Below the pieces are notes generated by a model. It worked only from the letters and a program-made list of their open reading frames with translations. It was not told the origin of the DNA and made no database searches. From positions 3,164,001-3,228,000 of the forward strand of contig CM097885.1 of assembly GCA_044892525.1 (NCBI GenBank): a stretch of 64,000 nt of DNA, read 5' to 3'. This DNA is from Schmidtea polychroa (Eukaryota). Positions within the stretch are counted from its first letter, which is position 1. Each line of letters begins with the position of its first letter. Both the position numbers and the translations under genes were made by a program. This document shows, piece by piece, positions 61,001-64,000 of the stretch.

Positions 61001-63776
61001 AAATCCGATAAATAATCAATAAATCCGATAAATAATCAATAAATCCAATAAATAATCCAATAAATCCCATAAATAATCGATAAATCCAATAAATAATCGA
61101 TAAATCCAATAAATAATCAATAAATCCAATAAATAATCAATAAATCCCATAAATAATCAATAACCTAACCCGTAAATTTTTGATTCGCTGTAACTGATTT
61201 CGAAGTTCATCGCATTCCTGTTCTAGCTTATTTTTATCTGTTTTCAATTTCTTGGCTGCAGATTCCTTGTGCCCAGAATCAGCTTTCAGCCCATCGAGCT
61301 CGATTTGTATTCGTTCCTTGTCGGCTCTGGCTGATCGCAACTCCCGCTGGTATTGTAATATTTGGTCACGATTCGCCTCCAACTCGTTGCTGAGATCTCG
61401 AGTGTGTTTGTCAAGGATCTTCTGAATATTGTCCTGGTTCGCCATCTCATTCTTGGTCATCCGCAACGCGTCCATCGATTGGTCGGCAATAGTTCTCTTA
61501 ACGTCAGCCAGATTGGCCTTGAGGATTTGCAGCTGTTTCTCTTTGTCCCGCAGCTGTTCATTCAATTTCACCATCGCATTCTTCATCTCGACATTTGGTG
61601 ATCTCGTGACGTCACCTTTCAATCGTGATATTTCCTGATTCTGGAATTCGATCTGGCTTTCTTTCTCATTTAGTTTGCGCTTCAAATTGTTCATGTTCTC
61701 CTTGAGGTCGATAATCTCGTTTCTGAATTGATTTACTGGTCAATCGGTTTGTTACTTATTGATTGGATGTTTATTTTATTGATTAATTGAGTGATTATTG
61801 ATTAATTAATTATTGATTGAATGTTAATTTTTGGATAATTATTAATCGATAAATCGGTAAATGATTACTCGTTCTTTATTTCTGTCTCCTTCAATCGGGA
61901 TTGATTGATTTTATCGGTTGTTTCAATTTTCTGTTTCTGAATCGATAATTGGTGTTGAGTGTCTGCCAGCTTCAGCTTCAGATCCTCATTGGTTCTCGTT
62001 TGAATCGCCAACAGATCCCGCAGCTCGTTGTTTTCCCGGTACTGATCACTGGTTGCTATGGCGGTGTTTGCCATTGGCAACGGGCCATTATATCCAGCCC
62101 TCCTCGTATTGGCCGTCTCAGCGTTCAGTTTCTCTCTCAACAACTGAATTTCTTCTCCGTGTTTTTGATTGCTGGCCACCAAATCCTCCCGAGCTTCCTT
62201 CAGCAGCTGCTCATACCGCATGAGGCTCTCATCCTTGGCTCGCAACCGTTCCTGGAGCCCCGAAAGAGTGGTTTGAGCAGCCCACATTGTCTTCTCGTCT
62301 ACATAATTGCTCTTGTCAGCATTCAGCAATGACGTCACTGCCGCATCAGAAATCTGGCTTATTTGTTGCGGTCTGTCTTCGGATGCTGGCAGTCGCAGCC
62401 GTAACTCATTTATATACCTTTCCCTTTTCAATAATGCGCCTTCCAATTCCCGGATCTTATTTTCGTGATCTTTCCCGTGCTGAAATTATAAATAAAATGA
62501 TTAAGATAATTTACCGATAAATCGATTTATTGATACTAATCAATTGATACTCATTATTATTATTATTATTATTATTGATGAATAAATAATAAATAATTGA
62601 TAAATAAATAATAAATTAATAATTGATAAATTATTGATTAAAAATATTCATTATTGATTAACCTTCTTCAGCGCCTTATTTTCGTTCTCCTTGTCAAATA
62701 TAACTCGAATGTGCTTTTTGATGGTGGCCATGGCTTGATCCAATTGATTAGGCAGCGGGGCGCTGGGATCTGGCATCGTTCCCAGATATTGTTCCTTTTG
62801 TGTTCCTGTTGCTTGTTGGAATGAACTGGCTGCGATGATAACTTCCCCTTGAATATTTTCCAGGTTGACAATGGTGCGCTCCAGCTCATTTTCACGCTGC
62901 TCCCATAGCAACTGCTTGTCCTCGTGATCCCTTGTGACCCTGGCAATATCCTCATCGACCTGGGCCAGCTGTGACTCCTGGCACTTGATCACACTCTCCA
63001 GGTGCTCCACCTCGTGCCGCAGCAAATCACACTAAATCAATACCGATCGATCAATACCAATTGAATGGATATATCGATTATTTCTCACCTGGCGTTTCTG
63101 CTTCAAGCTTTCTAATCTCAGCGCTTCCATCTTGTTGCTCCACGACTCCAGCACGCTTTTCTCATTCCGCTTGGTTCCCATGGCCTCTTTCAGTTCCTTC
63201 TCGGTTTCCTTGGCGATATTAGCAGCCTCGAATTCCGTTTCCATGTCGAATTTTGCGCGAAGGGTTAGCTGGAGCTCCTGATCCAGTTTGACCTTGTCCT
63301 CCGTCAGCCGGATCAGCGTGGCGGTGAACCGCTCGTGCCGCGACAGCGGGATGCTGCCTGAGAACTGGCTGCGCAGCGACTGGAACATGAGAGATAGGTA
63401 ACCATATCGGTAGCCATAGCAACCAATGCAACTAACATTGATTGTCTCCCTCAAGTGTTTCACTCGGGTCCGCCCGTCCAATCGCGTCTGATACAAATTC
63501 TGATCCTTCTCGTCACAATTCTGCTCCGTCCTCAGCAGCTGGGCCTCCAATCGCTTCTGGACCCGGTGCATATCATCCAGCTTCCTCAATGCTGATGTTT
63601 CTGACATTTGCAATAGGATGATGTGCCGATGCAGCTTGCCTATCAGGCTCTTCTCGTCGCTCTGGCACTGGATGTCTGATAATTGCTGTCGTAATGATGA
63701 CGTTTCCTTGTCCCTTGATAGCTGCTGCTGTTGCAATGCATTTGTCTGCATCGTGGCGATCTCCGCTATTTCCTGA
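58096..63776 (-). CDS. CEP290: Centrosomal/transition-zone protein CEP290, 3' exons (the gene continues beyond the window)
   Basis: QSDEKSLIGKLHRH, SLRSQFSGSIPLSRHERF, PDPSAPLPNQLDQA, WEEGKKNQ, KTTKEL-like KSTKELEKVIGRMKKVVEK, and last exon LEELKFRY...SEQFGV (stop 58096-58098) follow CEP290 in order. Confidence 0.92.
60812..60872 (-). other. tRNA-derived SINE head or tRNA pseudogene in a CEP290 intron
   Basis: Minus strand GCCGGATGGCGTAGCAGTG...GGTTCAAATCC has A-box-like and B-box motifs; no good cloverleaf. Confidence 0.45.
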
Positions 63777-63844
63777 CAATCACAATCATCATCATCATTC
63801 ACTGTATCCAATAATCAATCAGCAAATCAATAAATTAATTCATT

Positions 63845-64000
63845 AACCAATAAAGCAACAAGTCAACCAATAAAGCAACAAATCAACCAATAAAGCAACA
63901 AATCAACCAATAAAGCAACAAATCAACCAATAAAGCAACCAATCAACCAATAAAGCAACCAATCAACCAATAAAGCAACAAATTAACCAATAAAGCAACA
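63845..64000. repeat. 20-bp tandem repeat AATCAACCAATAAAGCAAC(A/C)
   Basis: About 8 copies to the window end. Confidence 0.93.

Overview
AT-rich eukaryotic (animal) genomic DNA with 42-47 nt introns and many (ATT)n/ATTG-type satellites. The composition suggests a planarian-like flatworm, which is an inference. The main feature is an apparently intact 16.2-kb Maverick/Polinton (endogenous adintovirus-like element, 13795-29965) with AGT-terminated TIRs of about 1.2-1.4 kb. It encodes a packaging ATPase, integrase, minor and major capsid proteins, an adenain-like protease and a protein-primed DNA polymerase B. It has three unusual properties: (1) a divergent leftward module with a compact TATA-binding-protein (TBP) homolog and a possible SSB; (2) host-sized spliceosomal introns in the integrase, protease and polymerase, including a predicted 5-exon polymerase with an acidic SIM-bearing N-terminus that the ORF track misses; (3) a second, inner pair of TATATA-flanked inverted termini shared with a separate 3.2-kb non-coding element at 47613-50801. 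Host genes are FAM92/CIBAR, two coiled-coil genes, an intronless cytochrome P450 and the 3' part of CEP290. Other elements are a three-level nested hAT/Tc1-like/hAT stack, a Buster-type hAT, an IR/DR Tc1, MITEs, and Gypsy and Penelope remnants. All calls come from manual motif reading; no database searches were run.
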